Shown in pieces: positions 24,236-35,927 of a stretch of 64,000 nucleotides of DNA (position 1 is the stretch's first letter; each line of letters opens with the position of its first letter). Made by a program: the position numbers and the translations under genes. The notes under the pieces were generated by a model, which worked only from the letters and a program-made list of their open reading frames with translations, searched no databases and was not told the origin of the DNA. This DNA is from Octopus sinensis (Eukaryota), in the NCBI RefSeq assembly GCF_006345805.1, contig NC_043002.1:16864001-16928000 (forward strand), read 5' to 3'.

Positions 24236-24257
24236 GATTTAGATGATGTTGAGTATA

Positions 24258-24922
24258 TACTCGGTGGTATCAAAAGTTTTCCGGTCTTATTATGTTTAAT
24301 ACCAAATAACTTATTTACCAAAATTTTAACATCATTTCTTTCGAGATAGTCATCTTCAGCAGCAATACATGGGTCCCAACGTTGCTATAACTTTTGGAAT
24401 CCGGCCTGGAAATTGTTTTCCGTAAGTGAGTCGTGGACATCCTCCGATTCGCTCCGAATCTCGATGGTTTAAAACGGTGAATTTGAGCTGCATTTTCTTA
24501 TTGGGGGAACTGATGAATGTCCGCAGATCCTAAATCTGGAGGAGACGGCGGTTGAGGAAGCGATATCATGTTGACTTTCGCGAGAATCTCACGGGTGAGA
24601 CCTCAGTGACAGGGTGCATTGCCGACGTGAAAAATCCAATACTCTGCGCACCACAGATCCGGTTGCTTTCGTTGAAGGTCCACTTTCAAAACCTTTCAGT
24701 TGAATACTTGACTGAAGGCTCATCGTATTCCAGAGAGGGTATTGCCTCATTGCTTTAAACTTGCTGAAGCATACTCAATGTCACGGTAGTAGACTTCTCA
24801 AGTTTAACGAAAAATTTCATATTGGTTCCAGTCCAACATTAAATCGTAGACTACAACATACACGAGATCACAAACCACAAATTTCATAATTTGCGAAGTA
24901 AACACGTCAGTATCACTCGGCA
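24258..24922 (-). mobile_element. Internally deleted mariner, cut by the duplication junction
   Basis: Same sequence as 26031-26690 but lacking the 5' end. Confidence 0.85.
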
Positions 24923-25258
24923 TTAACCGTTTCTATATTATACGAAATGTAAATAGTCTTGAAACTTTTAATCAGGCGACGGAAAACCTTCATCAATTGT
25001 TCTAGATCATTAGAATTCATATGGTTTTAAGCAAAATTATAAAGTTTGCATTTCTATAATGTCTAGATATCACGAAATCGCATACTTGCTTAAGAGCGTG
25101 TAACTATATTGTCATTGTGTGTGAATACGATCAAGAAAGAGAGTTATCACTTATGTATATAGCATATGTATGCGAATGAGTATATTATGACATGTTTCAC
25201 GCACGAATATATGTAGTATTCGTATGTGGATGCATACTCTAAACAAAAACGTACACCT

Positions 25259-25295
<37 letters not shown>

Positions 25296-25376
25296 TGTGT
25301 GTGTGCTTGTATGAGTTATGTACACACACATTATATATGCATTCATGAATGTATGTGCAATCCATAAATATGTATG

Positions 25377-25418
<42 letters not shown>

Positions 25419-25757
25419 ATATATACATATATTTATGTATATATCTCTCCTTATACAATCACGTGTATGCGTGTGTATTCGTGTGTAAGTGTGTATATGT
25501 ATTTATCGATCTACGTCTGTATGTACTAAAATATATGACAAACGAATGGGAAATTATGCAACGTACTTCATTAACTTACAGATGTTTCTGTTTTAAGATA
25601 CAGTGCATACTGAGGTGAATGCTTGTGCATAACCATTTGGGCAAGCATTTACTTATATTAAGATCAGCGCCATGGAAATCTATAAAGATACATGAGAATT
25701 GGATTACAGCGTGTAAAGGGTCAAATAACCTCCCAAAAATATATAGATTTAGATGAT

Positions 25758-26008
25758 ATGTTATTTAGATTATTTACATTTGACAGATATTTGTCCTCGT
25801 CTTGTTTGTTGTTAACACAACATTTCGGCTGATATCACCCCCAGCCTTTATCAGGTGTCTTGGAAAACTTTCGAAACTGATGAAGGCTGGAAGGTATATC
25901 AGCCGAAACGTTGTGCTAACAACAAACAAGATGAGGACAAATATTCGTCAAATGTAAATAATGTAAAGAATATACATAATTCTTCATTCATTAAATATAG
26001 AACTGTAT
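25758..26008. mobile_element. Duplicate copy of the palindromic HHR mini-element
   Basis: Nearly identical to 23985-24235. TSD at 25746-57 and 26009-20 (one mismatch). Confidence 0.85.
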
Positions 26009-26030
26009 AATTTAGATGATGTTGAGTATA

Positions 26031-26790
26031 TACTCGGTGGTATCAAAAGTTTTCCGGTCTTATTATGTTTAATACCAAATAACTTATTTACCAAAATTTT
26101 AACATAATTTCTTTCGAGATAGTCACCTTCAGCAGCAATACATGGGTCCCAACGTTGCTATAACTTTTGGAATCCGGCCTGGAAGTTGTTTTCCGTAAGC
26201 CAGTCGTGGACATCCTTCGATTCGCTCCGAATCTCGATAGTTTAAAACGGCGAATTTTTCATATTGGGGGAAGTGATGAAAGTTCGCAGATCCTAAATCT
26301 GGAGGAGAGGGCGTGTGAGGAAACGATACCATGTTGTCTTTCGCGAGAAACTCACGGGTGAGAACTCAGTGACAGGGTGCATTGCCGACGTGAAAAATCC
26401 AATACTCTGCGCTCCACAGATCCGGTTGCTTTCGTTGAAAGTCCTCCTTCAAAACCTTTCAGTTGAATACTTGACTGAAGGCTCATCGTATTCCAAGAGG
26501 GTATTGCCTCGTTGCTTTAAACTTGCTGAAGCATACTCAATGTCACTGTAGTAGACTTCTCAAGTTTAACGAAAAATTTCATATTGGTTCCAGTCCATCA
26601 TTAAATCGTAGACTACAACATACACGAGATCACAAACCACAAATTTCACAATTTGCGAAGTAAACACGTCAGTATCACTCGGCACTCTACCTAATGAAGA
26701 TCACTGCTAGCTCTCACTACACACGCAACTGTACGCTACCATGTATTGGTGCGCCACAGAACAAGTCTTGGGACCTCTTGATACCTTGTA
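26031..26790 (-). mobile_element. Internally deleted mariner with both ends
   Basis: Peptides KLEKSTTVTLSMLQQV (HTH start), RKQPDLWSAEYWIFHVGNAP and FPHTPSPPDLG (YSPDL motif). TIR-like ends TACTCGGTGGTATCAAAAG and CTTGATACCTTGTA next to TA. Confidence 0.85.
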
Positions 26791-29700
26791 TAGAAAAAAA
26801 TATATAGATGAGCGCAAGTTGAAATTCTACAAAAATAAATATTCAGACGCATACACAAAATATAGAAGACCTATCTTAAAACACGTTGTGCATTTAACTA
26901 ACCGTAAGAGCGCAAACAAAAAAAGCCAATATATGTGTGAATGCCTGTCAGTATTTGTGTTCTTCTGTATTTACTTTCATGCATATTTATATGTGTGTTT
27001 CCGTGTGTGAAATAGCTCACTAAGCGAGCTATTTTCACTAAGAGAGCTTGAGTGTGTGTATGTGCGCCTGAGAGAGAGGGTGTGTGTGTGTGTATGCGTG
27101 TGTGTACACATATAAATGATGAGTGCTTCTTTCGTTCTTGAGTATAGCAAACGTTTGACACATTTCAAATTCGGTGTCTCATGTGTGAGTTGCATGGAGT
27201 GACTTTTCAGCCCGAAAAGTGTCAAATGCACTTCATCACATATTTTACGTACATCATTTCCTCTAGTAAAAACGTCATCCACTTGCTTCTTATCATGATC
27301 CTTCATGCGTCATTTCAAGCCTCCATCTGAAAGGTACATCGTGCCATGGTATGTTCATATGCTCTGTATGCAACGATGTAAATCAAATGTGTATACGTGG
27401 CTTATATTGTAACTTTTCAGTTGCTTTCAATTTGTGTGACATTTCATTCTGTTCACCCATATCTGGAAATATTACATCTCCACCCTTTTTAACATCCCTC
27501 TTCATCTTTACCTGATTTATCCAAGCGATTCTGAAATTAATTCTCACTTCTATCGTACATTGCTTTCCACCCTATCGGTTGTAGTTTTATTCCCAGTCGT
27601 TTTCCGAGACGCTAGCTTTCCTCAAATAAACTTTTATGCAGTCATTGAATCACACAGCTTAGCTTTATGAGAGAGGTGCTTTCCGTTCTTCTGATCACCA
27701 TACAGATGTTGCTTCGGTTTCTTGAAGTCGTCTATTTTCACTAAGCGAACTACCCATGAAATGACAAATTGTTTCTTATAACGTGTGCATTTAGAATTTC
27801 GATTACTTTTGAATTAAATAATATGTAACTATATACCACTATCTTCGGAAATATATATCTACAACACGCAAATTTAAAGTTGTTCTTTATATCCTTTGAA
27901 TTGTAAATTTCCACAAATTTATCAATAACGAACGTGATATGATATCATAGTTACAGCTATGCCTTCAATTAAGGTGTAAATTGAAGGCATAATTGCAGGG
28001 ATGCCTTCAATTACAACGCTACTAAAATATGAGTTATGCCTTGTATTATTGTCATGCCATGAAATCTTGAGAAAAACTGGAAATTTAGCCTTCTTCAAGA
28101 ATTACCGCTCAATTAAAAAATACATTAAAATAACTTATGTATATGCTGTGTGGGTAATTGGGTTACTTGCGTGGTGTAACATGGTAGGAAATTATGTAAT
28201 GCAAGCTAGTTTCTCCTAAATGTACTGTATTTTCTTTTAATCAGATGTGCTAAAAACTCATGAATCATACCGCCTTTACATTAAAAAAAAACATACTTTT
28301 TTGCGCAGAATAGGTGAGAATTAAAAAAAAAAGTCACAAGATCATTCCTTAAAACGGGAGATTTTACAACAATATACGGAATCAAACAAAGCTTATTGCT
28401 GATCTTAAATGTCTCTATTTCGCACGAAAGAAATTTATTAGGAGTGAAATCTGAATTTAGAAATCGGAGAATGCATAATATTATATCTAATTCTCTTTTG
28501 AATCTTTACCTCTAATTGGATGAGCTCGGTGTAAAACTTTACGCATTAATATAGGAAATCTTAAAATTTTGCTTTTAACACATTGTAAAACAAAATTTCT
28601 TGCAGATTCCTGTTCGTGTTTTATCACTACTGTCAGACGTAATGATAGAGTTGATGATCAATCATTGAATTAATGTTTTAAGTTGATCATTAAAAGTATA
28701 AAGCTTACTTAAATTTATTAACATTTCAGTGTCTCGCTTAAACCCAAATTCAATTAAAATTTACCATCGAGCGTATGTCTGCTCTTAACGTTTCAAGGAT
28801 TATTTTAATGTTTCCCATTTTTTCCGTTCCCTAACATTGGGTTAGGGATCACTCTTAACATTTGAGTTTACATTCGGATGGATTAGCATGTCAAATATTA
28901 CATCAAGTATATTAGATATATCTATCACTGCAGGAAGAAAGTCCATGTTAAACTAAATAGAATGAGATAGGAAGACGTAGGCGAATAAAAGTTAGGTGAA
29001 TAAAAATTAAGCTAAGATATTTATATAGCTAGACGCTTAGAAATCTCATCACCTGCACACATAATTGAATAATAAATCTCATACTATAACTTGAACGAAT
29101 ATGTCGAAAAAGTCCACGAAACTCTGCAGTATTTAAATTTCAACGTTTGTGTATGCTATTGTATACTAAGATCTTGATGCTCCTATACATATGGCGTCAA
29201 AAATCAAATATTTGTGAATAAAATGCAGTACACACTCGTACAGATACATATCGTCATATCTATTCGATTAAGAATTTCGTTCTCCAAAGATGTCTCTTTG
29301 AATTCCTGCGACATCAGCAATTTCCCCGTGAGTTAATTTCATAGATGAATACCTTGTAAAATTTGTCTTTTACGTGAGGGTGTGTGCAAGGCCGCCTTAA
29401 TACATGGACACAATGGAGATTTGTTCGGGGTCCTTCGGCTCTAATGGTCCAGTTCTGATTTATATATATGCTGTGGCTTCATATCAATAAATAAATACCA
29501 TAGCTCCTAGTTCACTAGTTTGTCCGAGATGTTCAATACTACTAGAACGGACCTGGATATGTATGTTTATGTGTGGGGAATTATGTTTGACTCAGTCTTC
29601 GCTTGACAGGCGGAGCTAGATAGTTTAAAACTTTCTAAATTAGTTGTTAGGCGAAAAGGAGAATGAGAAATAAGTATAAAACTTAAAATATGTACTGGTT

Positions 29701-30089
29701 TCATTTAGTCCCCACAGAACTAATGTGCTTGCTTTTATCAATTTAATCATCTAACACACGCCCACATATTATTGCCCTTCTTTGTTAAAAGGAATTATTT
29801 TCATTGTTGTGTAATTATATTTCGATAACATGTCTCCACTGCTGTTAGTTTTCGGTTTGATTAATCTTTTATTGTTTTGTCTTGTTTTTCAGAAGTGAAT
29901 ACGTTTGCACTTGTGTGCGCTGTGCAAAAAGATTTTATCAAGGAAGTTTATTGCATTTGATTTATTTTCGAGGAAAAGAAGAAAACGGGGAAAACAAGGC
30001 ATTTATATTATTTTGAAATTAGATTCATATCAATTCCGATTCATTGCGTCGAATTGTGGAAACGTCTTTGAAAAATAATATTGGTTTTC

Positions 30090-30302
30090 TTTCCTACTCT
30101 ACGCATAAGGCTCGAAAGATTTGAGGAGGGGTCAGTCAATTAGTTCGACATCAGTACGCAACTGGTACTTAATTTATCGACTCAGAAAGGATGAAAGGTA
30201 ATGGCGACCTCGGCGGAATTTAAACTCTGAACATAAAGACTGACAAAATACAGCTAAGCGTTTCGCTCGGCGGCCTAGCGTTTCTGCCAGCTCGAAGCCT
30301 TC
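30090..30302 (-). mobile_element. Diverged SINE family B-related copy
   Basis: CAGTACGCAACTGGTACTTAATTTATCGACTCAGAAAGGATGAAAGG...TTTCTGCCAGCTCG. Confidence 0.8.
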
Positions 30303-30367
30303 TTTAAAAAAATATTACAATATACGCATTTTTGTCATCTACAACCAGGGGAACAAATATATATATA

Positions 30368-30680
30368 GCGGTTGGGAGGCGGTTGCCGGCAACCGTGGAG
30401 ACTGGCGACGTACCGTAAGAGAGGGAATACAAAGGAGTGACAGAGAAAGAGAGGAGAAATGGAAAGACAAGAAAAGACGTCAACAAGAAACTATGGCATT
30501 ACAACTAGCCAGGAAGAGTCTTCGCTACATTTGCGGTACCTGCCAGAGGGAGTGTTTGTCCAGGATAGGACTACACAGCCACAGCAGGAAATGTATCAGG
30601 ACATGAAATGTAAAAGCCGGACTAGACTACGTTATGCGCAACTCCATTGTCTCCCGAGACAAAAAGGATGCCAACAATAA
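30368..30680 (+). mobile_element. 3' end of an RTE-clade LINE
   Basis: WEAVAGNRGDWRRTVREG...YICGTCQRECLSRIGLHSHSRKC* is the RTE C-terminal zinc knuckle. 3' UTR CCATTGTCTCCCGAGAC...GATGCCAAC. Confidence 0.88.
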
Positions 30681-31245
30681 ATTGAAACTATTCATACAAA
30701 TTTGAGGACAAGCAAATTTCAATTTGGGGTGAGTTGGAAAACTTTCTTCATGACACTAAAGTAATAATAAACGATAATCCCCATACTTATACAAAACTAT
30801 ATATCGTAAAAGAAGTTCATTCTTGTATCTTGAAACCCATGTCAATCACTAAACGATACGATAGGAATGTTCCCGCCATAAGGTACAGGGACAGAATTAG
30901 GGTCACAGATTTTTCACTTATTGTTTGACTATACAATACACGTGGAATCTTTTGTTCTACAAAGAGTTGTAACATTCTATATAACCTTAAAAACATCAAC
31001 AGGGGAGACATTGGTAGATATGTTGGGGAGGAATTAATATAGAAAAACACTCTACCTGGTATTCTTAGCCAAATTCGAAGCCGCAGAGAAGCGGAAATTG
31101 TGATGTGTAATAATATTCTGCTCGCAAGCTTTAGCCACGGGGCAACAGGAGTAAAATTCGGCGGTAAGGCATAAGACTCAGTCTTGATTTTAAATGTTTT
31201 AATGAACGGATTCTCTAACGTACTGACAGGAGAATAATAATGACA

Positions 31246-32115
31246 TAATTGGTATATATATACATATGTATATATATACCAATTAAGGACAGAACTCGAA
31301 AAGTGGACAGTCAACATGCTAGATATAGACGTCAAATCGCCATTCTCCACAAAAAGATTATGTTCTCAAATCAAACTAAGCACAAAACCAAAGCAATAAA
31401 CAAATGAAATATACGAAATAAAATAATTACCCATGTACTGATCAGTTTCGGTTATTATTATCCGCAAGGATAACTGTAACATTCATCAGCATGGTCCGTT
31501 ATGAATACAATTTGCTGGACTAGATGCAAAAACGATACCGGAGTGCCGCGTGCATGGAGTTCGACCGATTATATTCGAATGTATTTCTCAAATGCTTTTA
31601 CTTTGGTGCGCTGGGACCCGAAAAATCAGCCTGCAGCTACCAATTAGCAGCATTCAATTCACCGGTTAGAGAACATATTTATTTTATATAAAATTAGTTA
31701 AGGGTAGAAATTGATATTAGTCAATTAAAACCAGTGGACTAGCATATTAAAAAGAATCCGAAGATTAAAATATTTATATATACCAATTAAGGACGGAACA
31801 CGAAAAGTGGACAGTCAACATGCTTGATATAGAAGTCAAATCGCCATTCTCCACAAAAAGATTATGTTCTCAAATCAAATTCGGCACAAAACCAAAGCAA
31901 TATATTTCATTTGTTTATTGCTTTGGTTTTGTGCTGAGTTTGATTTGAGAACATAATCATTTTGTGGAGAATGGCGATTTGACGTCTATATCTAGCATAT
32001 TGACAGTTCACTTTTCGTGTTCAGTCCTTAATTGGTATATATAAATATTTTAATCTTCGGATTCTTTTAATATGCTAGACCACTGGTTTTAATTGACTAA
32101 TATCAATTTCTACCC

Positions 32116-32120
<5 letters not shown>
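31246..32120 (-). mobile_element. HHR element with a 504-bp repeat period and a 5' inverted copy
   Basis: CCAATTAAGGAC at 31279 and 31783 (period 504). 31914-32120 is the reverse complement of about 31697-31900. Ends at (TA)n. Confidence 0.85.
31431..31494 (-). ncRNA. Type I hammerhead ribozyme
   Basis: CCATG-CTGATGA-A-TGTTA..TTATCC-TTGC-GGATAA..TAACC-GAAAC-TGATCA-GTA-CATGG. Stem I is 5 bp; stem III is the perfect palindrome ACTGATCAGT; one mismatch at the base of stem II. Confidence 0.78.
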
Positions 32121-32181
<61 letters not shown>

Positions 32182-32205
32182 ATGTATGTATATGTATATA
32201 TATGT

Positions 32206-32237
<32 letters not shown>

Positions 32238-32299
32238 ATATGTACATATATATGTATATGTATATGTATATGCATATGTATATACACATATATATATAT

Positions 32300-32340
<41 letters not shown>

Positions 32341-32480
32341 GAGATTTTGTGGATATAATAACCTCATGAAGGGATGGTTGCATCTAAGGAAATACTGGAT
32401 CAATAATTAGTATTCATGGGAAATGAGGCTCCGTTAAAACAATAGGTATATATTAAGCATATAGTTTAAATACATTTAAT

Positions 32481-32884
32481 AGGCGCAGGAGTGGCTGTGT
32501 TGTAAGTAGCTTGCTAAACAACTACATGGTTCCGGGTTCAGTCCCACTGCGTGTCTTCTGCTATAGCCCCGGGCCGACCAATTCCTTGTGAGTGGATTTG
32601 ATAGACGGAAACTGAAAGAAGCCTGTCGTATATATGTATATATATATATATGTATATGTGTGTGTTTGTGTGTCTGTGTTTGTCCCCCTGGCATTACTTG
32701 ACAACCGATGCTGGTGTGTTTACGTCCCCGTCACTTAGCGGTTCGGCAAAAGAGACTGATAGAATAAGTACTGGGCTTACAAAGAATAAGTCCCGGGGTC
32801 GATTTGCTCGACTGAAGGCGGTACTCCAGCATGGCCGCAGTCAAATGACTGAAACAAGTAAAAGAGAGTAAAGAGTAAGAGTAA
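32481..32884 (+). mobile_element. SINE family A, near full length
   Basis: Head GGCGCAGGAGTGGCTGTGTTGTAAG...GGTTCCGGGTTCAGTCCCA (A and B boxes), internal microsatellite, GAGTAAAA tail. Confidence 0.92.
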
Positions 32885-33318
32885 TAGAATAATGTATTAA
32901 GGAAGTTAAAAAGTATTTTATTGTTAAAAAAATGGGTCATATTAGCTTCTTACAGCCGTTTCAATTAATACTCAATAATTTAATTACAGATTTCCACATC
33001 AAATTAACATTTATGTGACATGAGCATAATTTGGAAAGAGAAAAAAAAAGATGTACCTTGCGATGTTATATGTGGACCTATCAATTCATTCCAGCTGGTT
33101 AAATATTGCGGTTTATGATTTGTGTTATTATACGCTCGGGTGAATGGTTTACAGATTGACTAGGATACGATTAGATATAAAGTAAAGTAGATAAAACGAG
33201 AACAATAAATGAAGTAAAAATATAAAGGATTGAGGTATGATTAATACAAATAAGGTAAATGTACAGTTAATAAAAAGAATAGTATATTCATTTATAAGGT
33301 ATGCATAAAATTATAAAG

Positions 33319-33380
<62 letters not shown>

Positions 33381-33927
33381 GCGCACACATACACACACAT
33401 ACATGCACATATACTTATGCTCACAAACAACATACACATACATGCACATAGACGTATGCATACACACAGACAGACCCACACGCATATATATAAATATGTA
33501 TTCGTACCAATCACCCCTATAAATGAAAATAATATAGATCGATATTAGTCAATCAGTGGCCATTTGTTAATGACATTTTGAAGTAGTGTGTCTACACCAT
33601 ATCGAGCATATGATAATAATACAATTCATAAACCGTAATATTTAGACTGTGATTGAAACTGCTGTAAGAAGCAAGATAACCAACGTGTCAATAATAAGTT
33701 TTAACTACATACAGTATATGACGAAGATTAATTTGAATTAGGTACTGATGTCGAGGCACATCGTTTTCGGAATAGTATATACACACAAGAATAATATGTA
33801 AACATCAGCTGTGGTACAGAGGTACCGGCGGAATGTTATTCTTGTAGTGCATGCAGACAATTTTACCCAGCCGTGTGGCTAATACGCTCTTGAGCTATCC
33901 AGGCCTCTACATCTTATTAGATATACC

Positions 33928-34159
33928 TATTTCGTTACTACCCACAAGGGGCTAAACACAGAGGGGAAAAACAAGGACAGACAAACGGACTAAGTCGATT
34001 ATATCGACCCACCCCAGTACGTAACTGCTACTTAATTTATCGACTCCGAAAGGAAGAAAGCAAAGTCTACCTCGACGGAATTTGAACTCAGAAGGTAGAG
34101 ACAGACGAAATACTGCTAAGCATTTCGCCCGGCGTGCTAACGTCTCTGCCAACTCGCCT
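33928..34159 (-). mobile_element. SINE family B with a 14-bp TSD
   Basis: TSD TTATTA(G/A)ATATACC at 33914-27 and 34160-73. Confidence 0.9.
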
Positions 34160-34269
34160 TTATTAAATATACCGTCCACATTATACTTCAGAATTTACGA
34201 AAGACAATTTCCGAAACAGGGAATAAAATCTAAATAATTAAGTATCGAAGGACACATGTCCTTCAGTTG

Positions 34270-34309
<40 letters not shown>

Positions 34310-34378
34310 TGTGTGTGTGTGTGTGTGTGGTGTGTGTGCGTGTATATGTGTGAGTATGTGTGCGCGTGTATGTGTAAT

Positions 34379-34417
<39 letters not shown>

Positions 34418-34418
34418 T

Positions 34419-34472
<54 letters not shown>

Positions 34473-35752
34473 CGTATGTCTGTGTGTGTGTGTGTGTACG
34501 TACGTATTTATGTATATCAGTATGTATATGTGTATGTGTATCTGCTCATTGTTTGAGCAGATATTTCAGGTGTCGAATAATAATTATTGTCAAAAAGCAA
34601 CTTCACTTGTTTCTAAATAGTTTATTCAATTAGATCAAGCGAGATGACATCCTCCGACATACCCAAAAGAAGATAAAATGTGACGACCAGAGAATTGCTT
34701 ACTATCGAAACCAAACTTGCATTGTTCTTTAACTTTGATCTTTCTGAAAAGTAAAAAAAAATAAGCTGTAATGTACAAGTAAGCACTATTTTGATGTACC
34801 AACCTGGATAAAGGAGATTCGTTAGCAGTTGATATTCCAAAGACAAAAGCTAGTAAGAAAAATAAATGAATTCTAAGAATATTATTTGGATTTTATGGTA
34901 TTGTGGAGTAACATGTGTTCAATGGCAAGTTGATCCTTTCATCTTCTGCAATAAACGTACCATAAAGAATACAGTTTGCCAGTGTAAGTTTAGTTTCTCC
35001 AACACTTAAGTTAGAGTAGTCTGAGAATATAACTGCATTATAACGATTCTGCAGATTCAGTCAAATTAATTAAAAACATTTTAGTAATAGTAGGAAATTT
35101 AATGTTTGATTTAGCACCGTAGAGAATTAATTGAAATTTGATGGTCTCAAGAACGTTAAAACGTATAACTCATGTGTAAATTGTAAGACGAAGAAGAACA
35201 GTTAACATTAGCTAGAAGCAAATTTAAAAACTGAAAGATATCTATGCCACAAGCATAGATTATTAGAAAAAATGGTTTCTTTTAAATTATTCCGAAGATA
35301 ATTAATGATTTTAGTTTGAAATATAATTTCTTTTAATAGATATTCTCTTTTAGCTGTTCTATTTTTGTAACTGCAGCCAATAAATTCGCTCAGATTTCTC
35401 AATACGTATCTAGGGACGTTGTGCATGGAAATACCTACAACTATTCTATTCATATTAATAGGAGAATTGCATTCAGAGAAATCAATATCAAGAATGGCTT
35501 TCACATTGTAGTTTAAGATGTGTGTGCATCCTGTGGTAGGCAATGTATGTGAACATATACTATATTATTATTTTTATATATATTACATATTTACGTGTGG
35601 TAATATATGAGTCCTAAGTACTTACAGTAAAATATTGTCTGTGACTTTTATTGTAAGGTGTGAAGTGGTGAATAACATTTATATATATATATAAGTATCT
35701 ATACAGCCTTGGTTTTTTTTTGTCTCATTCATATATTTATATTTATATATAT

Positions 35753-35927
35753 GTGTGTGGTATGTAGCTTGCTTACCAACCACATGGTTCCGGGTTCAAT
35801 CTCACTGCGTGACACATTGGACAAGTGTCTTCTACTATAGCCTCGGGCAGACCAAAGATTTATGAGTGGATTTGGTAGACGGAAATTGAAAGAAGCCTGT
35901 CGTGTATATGTATATATATATATATAC
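35753..35927 (+). mobile_element. SINE family A, 5' half
   Basis: Head through GAAAGAAGCCTGTCG and (TA)n. The matching 3' half resumes at about 37870. Confidence 0.88.

Larger units (their letters stand above)
22045..26690 (+). repeat. Older tandem duplication of about 1.77 kb; first copy interrupted by a PLE insertion
   Basis: 22045-22500 matches 24921-25380 and 23645-24920 matches 25425-26690, with several percent divergence. Junction ...CTCGGCA|TTAACC shares GCA with ...TTCTGCA|TTAACC. Confidence 0.9.

Noticed and set aside
26977-27306. 109-aa minus-strand ORF
   Set aside because: Runs into an AC repeat; no domain recognised.
29890-29960. CVRCAKRFYQ as a C2H2 zinc-finger exon
   Set aside because: Spacing to His is wrong and the second His is missing.
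30817-31350. 177-aa minus-strand ORF
   Set aside because: Starts inside the HHR repeat and crosses a TA tract; no recognisable domain.
32481-32560. SINE heads as tRNA genes
   Set aside because: A and B boxes are present, but there is no complete cloverleaf and each continues into a shared SINE body.
34620-35543. 111-aa ORF and neighbouring hydrophobic fragments as a pseudogene
   Set aside because: Many stops in all frames and no identifiable family.
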